DNA from: Thermoleophilia bacterium
GTDB taxonomy: Bacteria > Actinomycetota > Thermoleophilia > UBA2241
Reading direction: 5' to 3'
Length of the DNA: 64,000 nucleotides
Assembly (NCBI GenBank): GCA_041393415.1
Contig: JAWKKE010000001.1
Coordinates: 520,366 to 584,365, forward strand
Below the pieces are notes generated by a model that was not told the origin of the DNA, ran no database searches, and saw only the letters and a program-made list of their open reading frames with translations. The translations under genes were made by a program, and so were the position numbers. Position 1 is the stretch's first letter. Every line of letters starts with the position of its first letter. Positions 10,910 to 21,227 of the stretch are shown piece by piece.

Positions 10910-11854
10910 ATGCCGTGTGTCAGAATGGCGGCCATGCTCACCACCGTCGCCCTCTGGTTCGTCTGCTTCTCAGCTGGCGTGGTCCTGCAGCGACGTGTGA
11001 GCGACCCACAGCACCTCTCGCATGTGTTGTTCCGCATCGTGCTGTGGGGCGCCGTGCCGATCGTCACATTCTTTGCGTACACGACCATCACGCTCGACCA
11101 AGGCGCGGTAGAGACCCTCCCGGTAGTCATCGTCGCTTCATGGACAACGCTCGGTTTGGGCGTGCTGTGGGCGCGGCTGGGCAGCAAGGAGCCGCGCACC
11201 CAGGGGCTCCTTGCGCTGGCGACCGCGCTGGGCAACACGGCAAACGTGGGCTACCCACTGGCTGCTCTCGTCTTCGGCAGCCAGGGTCTCGCTGCCGCCG
11301 TGATCTACTCCGAGTTCCAATTCCTGATCCCCACCATCGCCGTCGCCATCGGCGTCGCGCGGCGATTCGCGGGACCCGCGTCACGCGCGCCCGCCGCGCT
11401 CCGCTTTCGCGACGTGCTCCGCAGTTGGATCGTCAACCCCCCGGTCGCCGTTGGTGCGATGGCGGTAGCGTTACGCCTCGCCGGCATCGACCTCAGTGAT
11501 GTGGTGGAGCCGATCGGACCCTACGCGGGTCTCGCCTTCGGCGTACTCGGCTTCCTTCAACTCGGTGTGGCCATGCCGCTCAAACGCCTCGCGCACGGCC
11601 GCGCCGACGTGTATCGCGCGGCCGTCACCCTGGCCCTGCGCTGTGGCGCCGCACCGCTGGTGCTCTACCTCGCCGGGCGGATCACCGGCGCCGACATACC
11701 CGGCGTCTACCTGCTGCTGGCGGCAACTCCGGTCGCCTTCAACACGATGATCGTCTCGCGCGTTTTCGACCTCGACGCCGAGCTCGCACGCCTGCTCATC
11801 GTCACTTCCACGCCTTTGGTGATCGCCGGCGTCCTCATCTGGCAGGCGCTCTAG
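10910..11854 (+). CDS. Auxin-efflux-carrier (AEC) family membrane transporter
   Basis: 314 aa, about 10 TM segments. Composition and length are typical of AEC/malate-permease-like transporters. Start may be ATG 10925 (MAAMLTT...). Confidence 0.65.
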   Translation: MPCVRMAAMLTTVALWFVCFSAGVVLQRRVSDPQHLSHVLFRIVLWGAVPIVTFFAYTTITLDQGAVETLPVVIVASWTTLGLGVLWARLGSKEPRTQGLLALATALGNTANVGYPLAALVFGSQGLAAAVIYSEFQFLIPTIAVAIGVARRFAGPASRAPAALRFRDVLRSWIVNPPVAVGAMAVALRLAGIDLSDVVEPIGPYAGLAFGVLGFLQLGVAMPLKRLAHGRADVYRAAVTLALRCGAAPLVLYLAGRITGADIPGVYLLLAATPVAFNTMIVSRVFDLDAELARLLIVTSTPLVIAGVLIWQAL

Positions 11855-11931
11855 AGCGGCGAAACGCGCCCCTTGCGCCAAGCTGCGACTGAACCCCCAC
11901 CGAGCGAGTCACGCGAGAAGCGCCACGTTCG

Positions 11932-14697
11932 TCAGGGAACGGATGCCGTCTGCAGATGCCCTTTACCATGTGCCTCCGGCCGCGCTTCCAGCCAAGAGAG
12001 CACCGCCGCGGCAGGCATGGGGCGGGCAATGTGGAAGCCCTGAGCCGCATCACACCCGAGTCCGCCGAGCATGTCGAGCGACGCCTCGTCTTCCACGCCC
12101 TCGGCCACCACCTTGAGCCCGAGATCCTGTCCCAGGCCGATCGTCGATCGTACGATGGCGGCGTCGCTGGTGTCGGTCGCCATGCGCTGAACGAACGATC
12201 GCTCGATCTTGAGATGAGTCACCGGCAGCCGCTGCAGATAGGCCAGCGACGAGTATCCGGTGCCGAAATCGTCGACGGCGACCGAGACACCGAGTTCCGA
12301 GAGACGTGCGAGCGTCTCCCGCGCGCGCTGCGGGTCCGTCATGATGCTGCCTTCGGTGACCTCGATCGTGAGCAGCGACGGCTCCACGCCGTGCTCGAGA
12401 CACAACGCCTGCAACGTCTCGAGCACCTGATGATCGTGGAGATTGCGCGCCGAGAGATTGATGCTCACCGCGACCTCATACCCGTGCTCCTGCCACGCGG
12501 CGATCTGCCGCACGACCTCGCCGACGAGCCAGAGGGTGAACGGCAGGATAAGCCCGGTCTCCTCCATGAGCGGAATGAACTCCGAAGGTCCGACACCGCT
12601 CAGCTCGTCATCTTGCCAGCGAGCCAGAGCCTCGACCGCAACAAGCCGTCTTCGCCGCACGTCGACGATCGGCTGGTAGTGCAGCGTGAAGTGGTTTGCG
12701 CGCAGTGCCTCGCGCAGACGTGACAGCAAGTGCAGGCGGTAGACGCTGTGCGGGTCCTCCTGTTGCGAGTAAAGACGCGGGCTTTCGCCCGATCGCTTCG
12801 CAACGTACATCGCGACGTCGGCGCTACGCAGAAGGCTGTGCGCGTCGGTTCCGTGATCGGGATACGTCGCGATCCCGACACTCGCCTGCAACTCGAACTG
12901 CATGTCGTCTACTTCGACCGGTGCCTCGAGGGCACGGAGAATGCGCTGAGCACCATCGCCGGCCGCGCTTGCGGAGGCGTTGGGCATGAACACCGCAAAC
13001 TCGTCTCCGCCCAGACGGGCGATCGTATCCGTGGAACGCACCATCGCCTGGAAGCGCGTGCTCAGCTCATGAAGGACGACGTCACCGACGTGATGACCGT
13101 AGGTGTCGTTGACCTCCTTGAAGCGGTCGAGATCGATGATGAGCAGGGCATGCTCATCGAGTACGCCCCGACCGCCACCGATCGCCTGGTTCATCCGCTC
13201 GTAGAGCAGCGTACGGTTGGGGAGCTCGGTGAGATTGTCGTGCAATGCTTGATACCGCAGAACCGTCTCCCACTGCGTGCGCTCCGTCACGTCACGAGCG
13301 ATGCCCTGTATGGCGACGATTTCACCGTCGCGGGTGAGCGGGCTCAGGCTGGTCTCGATCTCGACTTCGTGCCCATCTTTGGCGACAAGTGTCAGGCTGA
13401 AGACACCCTCTGGGGCGACCGAAGCAACCTGTTCCAGGCACGTCACGACCGCCGCTACATCCGCGACGGGCACGAGATCGCTCACATTCGCCCCTTGGAG
13501 CTCCTCGTTCGTGTAACCCAGCGCGGTCAAAGCGGCTCCATTGGCGGATTCAACTCGACCATCCGGCTTCAGCGTGAAGACGAAGTCGGTCGCGTTCTCG
13601 AACAGAGCGCGATACCGCGCCTCGCTTTCACTCAGAGCCAGTTCCGCCTTGCGACGGCTGGTCATGTCGCGAATCACGACGATATGCCCCGACTCTTCGT
13701 GTCCGATCTCAGAGGCGAGAAGGTCGAAGTGCCGGCGTCCTTCACCATCGTCCACTGTGGCCTGCGCACGCTGCCGTCCGGCTCCAGAGAACAGGTCGCC
13801 GAGGTTCACACCGCCAATCGCAAGTTGTGTCGCAGACTGACCTATGATCGCCGCGGCAGGCAGATCGAAGACATCGACCGCCGCCGGATTGACGTCGGCC
13901 ACTCGCCCGGCCGCGTCTACCACCACGACGCCGTCCGCCATGCCCTCGATGGCCGCGCCACGTGCCACAGGCACGAGTCCCACGAAGATGTCCAGAATGC
14001 GGAAGCGCAGTAGGCCTATGGCGAAGAGAAGACACGAGATCGACAACACGAACGGCGTCATGTCGATCTCGCGACGAGGCTGGAGATCGGCGAGGTAGAG
14101 CACGTTGGCGACAAGCGGCAGCGCCAGTCCCACGAGGATAACGGTCGTCTGGGTGCGATGGAGCTGCCGCGAGCGAATCGCCATGCGCACCAGCAGTGCG
14201 GCACCAAAGAGAAGCACGCCGTATGAGTAAGCCGTATGCACCCAGAACCAGGTACTGAAACCGGGTGAGAACGCCGGCGTGCCGGCACCCGGCGTCGTGC
14301 GCAGATCTTGCCAAACGAGGTGGTGCCATCCGTCGGTGAAGACCAGAACGATCGTGATCGCGGGCACTACCAGCAACATGACCCACTCTCGACGACCAAA
14401 GCGCGTTGTCGCACCCGAGTACTCAGCGCAGAACACAAACCACGCGACGGGCATGAACACGATGCCCAGGTACGACACCTTGGTCCACCACATGTCCCCC
14501 GACGCACCGACGCTCGAGATCGCCAGCGCGTAGGCAGTGGACCACACGAAGAGCCCGACTGCCATGGCGGCAAACGGTCGGGCCCCAGGGACAGCGAGCC
14601 GCCGGGCGCCCATGACGGCAACCAACAAGGCTATGACCGCTCCAAACCAGAGCGGCAACGTCGAGACGACGAAGTCTAGACCCGAAGGCACCGGCAA
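11932..14697 (-). CDS. Membrane sensor diguanylate cyclase/phosphodiesterase (TM sensor, PAS, GGDEF, EAL)
   Basis: 921 aa. The N-terminal roughly 300 aa are multi-TM. PAS-like segments follow, then a GGDEF motif (RLGGDEFAVFMP) and an EAL motif (EALARWQ...). The C-terminal DDFGTGYSSL is typical of the EAL domain. Confidence 0.85.
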   Translation of the reverse strand: MPVPSGLDFVVSTLPLWFGAVIALLVAVMGARRLAVPGARPFAAMAVGLFVWSTAYALAISSVGASGDMWWTKVSYLGIVFMPVAWFVFCAEYSGATTRFGRREWVMLLVVPAITIVLVFTDGWHHLVWQDLRTTPGAGTPAFSPGFSTWFWVHTAYSYGVLLFGAALLVRMAIRSRQLHRTQTTVILVGLALPLVANVLYLADLQPRREIDMTPFVLSISCLLFAIGLLRFRILDIFVGLVPVARGAAIEGMADGVVVVDAAGRVADVNPAAVDVFDLPAAAIIGQSATQLAIGGVNLGDLFSGAGRQRAQATVDDGEGRRHFDLLASEIGHEESGHIVVIRDMTSRRKAELALSESEARYRALFENATDFVFTLKPDGRVESANGAALTALGYTNEELQGANVSDLVPVADVAAVVTCLEQVASVAPEGVFSLTLVAKDGHEVEIETSLSPLTRDGEIVAIQGIARDVTERTQWETVLRYQALHDNLTELPNRTLLYERMNQAIGGGRGVLDEHALLIIDLDRFKEVNDTYGHHVGDVVLHELSTRFQAMVRSTDTIARLGGDEFAVFMPNASASAAGDGAQRILRALEAPVEVDDMQFELQASVGIATYPDHGTDAHSLLRSADVAMYVAKRSGESPRLYSQQEDPHSVYRLHLLSRLREALRANHFTLHYQPIVDVRRRRLVAVEALARWQDDELSGVGPSEFIPLMEETGLILPFTLWLVGEVVRQIAAWQEHGYEVAVSINLSARNLHDHQVLETLQALCLEHGVEPSLLTIEVTEGSIMTDPQRARETLARLSELGVSVAVDDFGTGYSSLAYLQRLPVTHLKIERSFVQRMATDTSDAAIVRSTIGLGQDLGLKVVAEGVEDEASLDMLGGLGCDAAQGFHIARPMPAAAVLSWLEARPEAHGKGHLQTASVP

Positions 14698-14841
14698 TCT
14701 CTCCCTAGGTATTCACCTTGTATTCGAAAGTGGCCCACAGAGCGGAGTATCGGCATGGGATTCAGAGCGCGATAGTCCTGGTAGACAGGAGTACCAGCGC
14801 CTCCATCCAAGATCGTCGATGACGAGTGTGAATACTGAGGG

Positions 14842-15339
14842 CTATCCGTTGAGCGTCTCCCCCAGCGACAGCGTCAACAGATCGCGCCGCACCGGCGTCA
14901 TGCCGGCAGAGGCATAGAGGTGGCGGGCGCCGACGTTGTCTGGGGAAACCTCGACGGAGAGCGCCCGCACGGCACGTGCGTGGCAGCGCTCGAGCATGTG
15001 GGCCAACGCCAGCGATCCGAGCCCGCGGCCACGGACCGCGGGCTGCACATAGAGATCGTCGAGCCAGGCCACCAGATCGCCGTACTCCATGCTCATGGCG
15101 AAGATCAGCACGTAGTACCCCACCGTGCCGCCGTCAAGAGTTATGACCCCGACTTCTCCCAACCGCATGTCGGCGAGCAGTTTCATGAACACCTCGCCGG
15201 CTCTGTCGCGGTCTAGGGTCAGATATGCCTCAGCGAAGAAGTCGCTCATGAGCTCGACGAGACGCGAGACATCGGCGACCGTCGCCTCGCGCACCGTTCC
15301 CCCCGATCCCACCCCTCGCCGCTCTCGGCCATCCATCAT
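14842..15339 (-). CDS. GNAT family N-acetyltransferase
   Basis: Acetyl-CoA binding motif VQPAVRGRGLGSLALAHML (Q/RxxGxG/A) in a 165-aa ORF. Confidence 0.7.
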   Translation of the reverse strand: MMDGRERRGVGSGGTVREATVADVSRLVELMSDFFAEAYLTLDRDRAGEVFMKLLADMRLGEVGVITLDGGTVGYYVLIFAMSMEYGDLVAWLDDLYVQPAVRGRGLGSLALAHMLERCHARAVRALSVEVSPDNVGARHLYASAGMTPVRRDLLTLSLGETLNG

Positions 15340-15460
15340 CGTCGCTCCTCTTCCGTTCTCCTGCTTTCCTCCCCAATGACACAGGGAACTGCCACTAGTA
15401 ATCTGTCGACTAGATTTCTGTTACACTCGCACCTGACGCCCACGGAGGTTCTCGCAGATC

Positions 15461-16054
15461 ATGTCCGTTCGCCACGCAATTCTGGCGCTCCTCGCCCAGC
15501 AGCCGCGGCACGGCTACGATCTTCACCGCACCTTCGAGGCCATCGTCGGCGGAAAGGCCGTCTGGGACGTCAAGCCGGCGCAGGTGTACACCACTCTGGT
15601 GCGTCTCGAAGAGGCGGGGCTGGTCGCTCAGACGACCACGCGTCGGGTGGGCGGCCCCGACCAGCACGTCTACGAGCTCACGCCCATGGGGCGCGACGAG
15701 CTCGATCGCTGGTACGCCGACGGCACGCACAGCACCCACCAACACGACGAGGTCTTTCTCAAGATCACCCTGGCGCTCGGCGATGAGCGCGTCGATCCGC
15801 TCGCAGTGCTGCGCACCGAACGCACGTCCCTCTATCGGCACCTGCATGCCCTCACCACTCGTCGCGGCGAGCTTGTGAAACCGCACAACCTCGGACATGC
15901 CCTGCTACTAGAGAAGGCAACGATGCACATCGAGGCCGATCTCCGCTGGCTCGAGATGGTCGAAGCCAAACTGCACGACATGGCGCGCCTGCCCGCACCT
16001 GGTACGCCGACACGTCGGCGAGGGCGTCCCCGCCGTTCGCCGGAGAACACGTAA
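15461..16054 (+). CDS. PadR family transcriptional regulator
   Basis: N-terminal winged-HTH ILALLAQQPRHGYDLHRTFEAIVGG...VYTTLVRLEEAGLV is a PadR signature. It directly precedes the ABC transporter genes. Confidence 0.8.
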   Translation: MSVRHAILALLAQQPRHGYDLHRTFEAIVGGKAVWDVKPAQVYTTLVRLEEAGLVAQTTTRRVGGPDQHVYELTPMGRDELDRWYADGTHSTHQHDEVFLKITLALGDERVDPLAVLRTERTSLYRHLHALTTRRGELVKPHNLGHALLLEKATMHIEADLRWLEMVEAKLHDMARLPAPGTPTRRRGRPRRSPENT

Positions 16055-16068
16055 CGAGAGGGGACGAC

Positions 16069-16797
16069 GTGCCGATCGCTCAGTGCAAAGGTCTCACGAA
16101 AGTGTACGGCTCCGGCCACGGTCAAGTGACCGCTCTCGATCACGTCGACCTCGCCCTCGAGGCAGGGGAGTTCGTCGCCGTCATGGGGCCGTCCGGCTGC
16201 GGCAAGTCAACCTTGCTCAATCTCATTGGCGGACTCGACACCCCCAGCGAGGGGTCGGTCATGATCGACGGCCGCGAGCTCGCGACAATGAGCGACAACG
16301 AGGTCACTCGTTTGCGTCGCGAGCGCATCGGCTTCGTCTTCCAGTTCTTCAACCTCATCCCGGTGCTCGACGCCACGGAGAACGCGGCGCTACCCCTCAC
16401 CCTGGACGGCCGCGGCGCGGAGGCCCGTCGCCATGCTGAGGAATGGTTGCGCAAAGTGGGCCTCGAGAAGCGCGCCCACAGTCGACCGGATCAGCTCTCA
16501 GGCGGCGAGCAGCAGCGCGTGGCCGTGGCCAGAGCGCTGGTCACGGAGCCGGCGCTCATCCTCGCCGACGAGCCGACCGGCAACCTCGACAGCCGCAGCA
16601 GCGAGGAGGTCGCTTCGCTTCTACGCCAGGTCGCCAGCGACTGGGGTAGGGCCATCCTGATGGTTACGCACGACCCGCGCATCGCCGCGCACGCCGACCG
16701 TATCGTATTCATGCGTGACGGACGCGTCGTCGACGACACCCACATCGCCGGCGTCGAGGACGCCCGCGAAGCGCTCGAGCAGGCAGGCCTCCTGTGA
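16069..16797 (+). CDS. ABC transporter ATP-binding protein (MacB/LolD-like)
   Basis: Walker [16 protein letters not shown] signature [15 protein letters not shown], and Walker B/D-loop [11 protein letters not shown]. Confidence 0.9.
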   Translation: MPIAQCKGLTKVYGSGHGQVTALDHVDLALEAGEFVAVMGPSGCGKSTLLNLIGGLDTPSEGSVMIDGRELATMSDNEVTRLRRERIGFVFQFFNLIPVLDATENAALPLTLDGRGAEARRHAEEWLRKVGLEKRAHSRPDQLSGGEQQRVAVARALVTEPALILADEPTGNLDSRSSEEVASLLRQVASDWGRAILMVTHDPRIAAHADRIVFMRDGRVVDDTHIAGVEDAREALEQAGLL

Positions 16798-19331
16798 GCA
16801 TCCAAGTCACGCTGGCGCTGCGCTACATGCGCGGCCGCACCCTGCGTACCGCGCTCACAACGATGGCGATCGCCTTCGGCGTCATGATCATGTTCGGCCT
16901 CAACGGCATCCTCCCCGGCCTCACCGAAGCGTTGCAGCGCACCATGCTGGCGACGGCAGGACAGGTCGATCTCGCGGTCACTTCAAAGAGCGGCGGCACC
17001 TTTCCGGCGACCACGCTCACCAGCGTCACTCCCGTCGAAGGTGTCGCTGCCGCCACACCGGTGTTGCGACGCACCGTCTCTCTCCCCGAGAGCAGCAGCG
17101 CGTCTCTGGCATCGGTGGTGGTCGTCGGCATCGACCCATCGACGTCGCAGAGCGTCCTGCCGCTGACGCTCGCGAGCGGGCGACTGCTGTCGCAGAGCGA
17201 CGCTGAGTCGGTCGACGGCACCGTCGCAGCCGTGCTGCCCACGACGGTGGCCGACGCGCTTGGCGTAACCCTTGGTGAATCGCTCACACTGCCCTCTGCC
17301 GACGGCAGTGTGCAGCTCACGGTCGTCGGCCTGCTCGACATGCCGGCCGTGCCGGGCGTCGACGAGGTCTACGTAACGCTGTCCGCCGCACAGGCAATCC
17401 TCGCCGCCGAAGACCAGATCTCCGAGATCGACGTCGCCTTCGCCGCGGACGTCGATCGCAGCGCCGTCGAGACAGCCGTTGCCGATGCCCTCGGTCCGGA
17501 CTTCACCACCGGCGCGATCTCGAGCGCGTCACCGCTCAGCGCTGGCCTGCAGGTCGCGCGCTTCGTGATGACGACCCTCGGCCTGTTTGCGATCGCCATG
17601 GGCGGCTTCGTCATTCTCAACACCTTCCGCACTCTCGTCGCCGAGCGCCGTCACGACATCGGCATGCTGCGCGCCATCGGCGCCTCCCGCCGAACGGTCG
17701 CCGGCATCTTCGTCGTCGAGGGTCTGCTGCAAGGAGTCCTGGGCACCGCCGTCGGACTCGTTGCCGGCTGGCTGCTCGCCACCGGAGCATCGGCGGCCAT
17801 GCGAAGCATGGTCACCGATCTCATCCGCATCCCTGAGTCGAGCGTCATTTTCACACCGTCGATCTGGGCGCTGTCGATCGGCTTCGGCATCGGCGTAACC
17901 GTGCTCGCCGCCGTCCTGCCGGCCCGCAGCGCCGCCCGCCTCACCCCTCTCGAAGCGCTACGCCCGGCGCTCGGAGAGAACCAGGAGCCGGGAGCGGCGA
18001 GGCGCGCATGGCTGGGCCTGGCGTGCATCCTCATCGCCATCGCCGGTCTTGTCTCCGGACGTCTGAGCCTCGCCGGTATATCCGTCATCCTTCTCTTGCT
18101 GGGCCTCATTCTCGGTGCTCAGGTGGCGGTGCGGCCCATCACTACGCCGCTCTCTCGCGTTCTGGAGGCGGTGTTTCGGCGCGAGGGCGGCGTCGCGCGC
18201 GCCAACCTTCAGCGCGCGCCGGCTCGCGCCGCCGTCACCGCCTCCACCGTCATGGTCAGCATCGCGTTGATCATCGCGCTGGTCGGTACATTGAGCTCGG
18301 TCCTAGACGGGTTCACCAGCTACCTCGACAAGAGCATGGGAGCCGACTTCATCGTCGTGCCGCGCAATCTGCTCCTCTCGGGCGGTGTCGTCGGCGCCGG
18401 TCCCGAACTGCGCCAACAAGTCGCCGATGTGCCGGGAATCGGCGACGTCACAACCTTGCGCGTCGCCACCTCGCTCTTCAACGACACCCGCGTGCAGACT
18501 GTCGGTATCGAACCCGAGGCGTTCTCGAAAGTCGCAGGATTCGAGTTTGCGGAGGGCAGCTCGTCGGCCGACCTGGCTCGCCTGAGCGAACCCGGCAGCA
18601 TGATGGTCAACGGCGTCTTCGCGGCGCGCAACGGCGTCAAGAAGGGTGACAGCATCACGATGGAGACGCCACAGGGAACGCGCGAATTCTCCGTGGTCGC
18701 GATTGCCAACGACTACCTCAACGCGAAGCTCGCCACCGTGTACGTCTCGCAGGACACGCTGGCCAGCGTCTTCGGCGTGTCCACGGATGTCGTGCTCCTG
18801 GCGAACGCGGCTCCCGGAGCCGACGAAGACGCAGTCCTCGCCGAACTCTCCACGATCGTCGGCGACTACCCATCCTTCGTCCTGTACAGCACGTCACAGT
18901 GGCGAGCGACGCAGATCGGTATCTTCGACCAGATGCGAGTGCTCTACTTCGGCCTCGCCCTCGTTCTCGCTGTTCCTTCCCTACTGGCCTTGCTGAACAC
19001 TCTCGCCATCGGCGTGCTGTCACGAACACGCGAGATCGGCATGCTGCGCGCGGTGGGCTCCACACGTCGCCAGGTACGCCGCATGGTCACCGCGGAGGCC
19101 TTGCTGCTCGCCGCCCTCGGGACAATCGCCGGTCTCGTCGCTGGTCTCTGGCTCGGCTACGTCATGGTCGACGCGTTGAACGGCATCGGGTTGCCGATGC
19201 CATATCGCTTCCCGTGGGTTGGCATAGTGCTGGCGATCGCCGTTGCACTGGCCTTCGCGACCCTTGCGGCGCTCATACCTGCTCGACAGGCGGCGCGGCT
19301 CAACATCGTACGCGCCCTGCGCTACGAGTGA
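16794..19331 (+). CDS. ABC transporter permease, FtsX-like with two MacB-type permease/periplasmic modules
   Basis: 845 aa. It has two repeats of a 4-TM FtsX-like module, each preceded by a large extracytoplasmic domain. Its start overlaps the ATPase stop by 4 nt. Confidence 0.85.
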   Translation: MSIQVTLALRYMRGRTLRTALTTMAIAFGVMIMFGLNGILPGLTEALQRTMLATAGQVDLAVTSKSGGTFPATTLTSVTPVEGVAAATPVLRRTVSLPESSSASLASVVVVGIDPSTSQSVLPLTLASGRLLSQSDAESVDGTVAAVLPTTVADALGVTLGESLTLPSADGSVQLTVVGLLDMPAVPGVDEVYVTLSAAQAILAAEDQISEIDVAFAADVDRSAVETAVADALGPDFTTGAISSASPLSAGLQVARFVMTTLGLFAIAMGGFVILNTFRTLVAERRHDIGMLRAIGASRRTVAGIFVVEGLLQGVLGTAVGLVAGWLLATGASAAMRSMVTDLIRIPESSVIFTPSIWALSIGFGIGVTVLAAVLPARSAARLTPLEALRPALGENQEPGAARRAWLGLACILIAIAGLVSGRLSLAGISVILLLLGLILGAQVAVRPITTPLSRVLEAVFRREGGVARANLQRAPARAAVTASTVMVSIALIIALVGTLSSVLDGFTSYLDKSMGADFIVVPRNLLLSGGVVGAGPELRQQVADVPGIGDVTTLRVATSLFNDTRVQTVGIEPEAFSKVAGFEFAEGSSSADLARLSEPGSMMVNGVFAARNGVKKGDSITMETPQGTREFSVVAIANDYLNAKLATVYVSQDTLASVFGVSTDVVLLANAAPGADEDAVLAELSTIVGDYPSFVLYSTSQWRATQIGIFDQMRVLYFGLALVLAVPSLLALLNTLAIGVLSRTREIGMLRAVGSTRRQVRRMVTAEALLLAALGTIAGLVAGLWLGYVMVDALNGIGLPMPYRFPWVGIVLAIAVALAFATLAALIPARQAARLNIVRALRYE

Positions 19332-20209
19332 ACTGCTCCCGCGCCGCGCGGCACGCGCACGGCAAGTGCCGCCGGACGGACCACGATGTTCAGGCGCCGC
19401 ACCGCAGGCCGAGTGTCTCCGTCGACCTCGTACGGCATGGCATGAGCCAGCGAGACCGTGACAGACCTGCCCGTCGTCGTCTCAACGAACGGCGACGACG
19501 CCGGGTCACCGAGAACGGTCCTGCTCAGCATCCGCGCCCACTCCAGCGCGCCCTCAGCCGTGATCACACCGACGTCGAGGACTCCGTCGTCCGGGAGGGC
19601 GTTTGGGAAGGCGGTCATGCCTGCGATCAAATGGCCCACGTTGCCAACCAGGACACAACTCGCGAGACCAGAGAACCATGCGGCACCGTCCACTGCGACG
19701 CTGGTGTGAACCGGGTCATGCGTGACACTGCGCACGCCGACGGCGACGTAGGCCAGCGGCCCGAGCCGGTCCTTCAGCCCGGTATCGACGTCGCGCATCA
19801 AGATGGCGTCGAACCCCGTACCCGCCATGACGGCGAATGGCTCGCCGTTGACGACGCCGATGTCGATCCGTCGTGTGTCTCCAGACAGACCGATCTCGAC
19901 GGCCGCCTCGAGATCTGTCGGAATGCCGAGATTCGCGGCGAGGAGATTGGCCGTCCCCGCCGGCAACAGTGCGAGGGTGGCCGGAGTGCCGGCGAGGCCG
20001 GCAATGCACTCCTGCACCATCCCGTCGCCGCCCCACACAAAGAGCAGATCGACGCCGGCGGCGATCTGCTCCTTCACAGCCTCAGGTACGTCCTCGGCGC
20101 TGCCAGTCTCGCGCCACAGCGGCTCCACGCCACGCCGGCCGAGGACGGCGCGCAGCGCGCGAAGCCCTGGCCCAAGTGACTTGGTCGGATTCGCGACGAC
20201 GCCGATCAC
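19322..20209 (-). CDS. Diacylglycerol kinase catalytic domain family lipid kinase (YegS/DagK-like)
   Basis: DAGK_cat motifs LLFVWGGDGMVQE and PAGTANLLAANLGIP. Confidence 0.8.
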   Translation of the reverse strand: MIGVVANPTKSLGPGLRALRAVLGRRGVEPLWRETGSAEDVPEAVKEQIAAGVDLLFVWGGDGMVQECIAGLAGTPATLALLPAGTANLLAANLGIPTDLEAAVEIGLSGDTRRIDIGVVNGEPFAVMAGTGFDAILMRDVDTGLKDRLGPLAYVAVGVRSVTHDPVHTSVAVDGAAWFSGLASCVLVGNVGHLIAGMTAFPNALPDDGVLDVGVITAEGALEWARMLSRTVLGDPASSPFVETTTGRSVTVSLAHAMPYEVDGDTRPAVRRLNIVVRPAALAVRVPRGAGAVHS

Positions 20210-20309
20210 TGCCCCTCCTTCGCCAATAGGCTACCCGCTAGAGTCTTGAGACTAGCGGAAGGTTGACCACACCGAGTTGCGGCACACCGTGACGATACCG
20301 TCACCGGGA

Positions 20310-21086
20310 TCATTCCGAGACGTAGCGCGGATACGTATGCTTGGCGGCGCGTGCATGCTCAAGATCGATCGTAACGGTCGCGAACGGCGTCGCAGCATCG
20401 GTTCGCGCCAAGACCACGCCGTCGGGATCGACGATCCATCCGAGCCCGCCGCAATCGGTTTCGCTTGCCGGCGGGTACCAGAGATTCGACGAGAGGCAGA
20501 ACGCGCCCGAGCACACGGCGGCGGCGCGACCACCCGCAAGCCAGACGTCGGTCGATCCGTAGGGCGTAGCGCGCGGGACGCAAAGCACGTCGGCGCGCTC
20601 TGCCGCATAGTGTCGCGCCCATTCCATAAACCACATCTCGGTGCAAACGAGGACGCCGATACGCATGCCGAGCGCGCGACCAAGATCGAAGCGCTTCTCA
20701 CCACGGTCGTACCAGCTCGCCTCCCAGTAGCCTGGCTCGTCGGGAAGATAGTACTTTTCGCGTATCGGTACGACGTCCGCCGCGCCCTCCTCCCAGAGGT
20801 ACGCCTGATTCCGCCGGCTCCCGAGCGCCGTGACGATCGGCCGCGTACCGACGACGGCGCGAGCGCCAAGGTCGGCAAGTCTGGCCACGTGGCGCTCGTG
20901 CTCCGCCACCGAGGCGAGCCAGAGGCGCGCGTCGGGGATCCTCTCAATGGCGAGCCACGCGGAAAAGCACAACTCCGGCAGAAGCAAGAAGTCGGTTCCG
21001 GCCGCCTGCACGTGGGCACGCAAGACCGCCAGCGAGCCTTCCAGATGCCCGGGGCGCGGATCGACTTGGCAGACAGTGACCTTCAC
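20310..21086 (-). CDS. Carbon-nitrogen hydrolase family protein (nitrilase superfamily)
   Basis: MKVTVCQVDPRPGHLEGSLAVLRAHVQAAGTDFLLLPELCFSAWLA shows the catalytic-Glu context LPEL. Catalytic Lys and Cys contexts were not individually verified. Confidence 0.7.
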   Translation of the reverse strand: MKVTVCQVDPRPGHLEGSLAVLRAHVQAAGTDFLLLPELCFSAWLAIERIPDARLWLASVAEHERHVARLADLGARAVVGTRPIVTALGSRRNQAYLWEEGAADVVPIREKYYLPDEPGYWEASWYDRGEKRFDLGRALGMRIGVLVCTEMWFMEWARHYAAERADVLCVPRATPYGSTDVWLAGGRAAAVCSGAFCLSSNLWYPPASETDCGGLGWIVDPDGVVLARTDAATPFATVTIDLEHARAAKHTYPRYVSE

Positions 21087-21227
21087 GCCGCTAGCCTACC
21101 GCGCCACGAAAGACACACGTCGGACTGCGCCGTAGCGTGATGCCGCCGCGCACGCCATCCGTCGCCATCAGTCGCTCCAACTCTGCCGACCAGACGAAGC
21201 TCGCCGGCGCGAGACATACGCCGGCGA

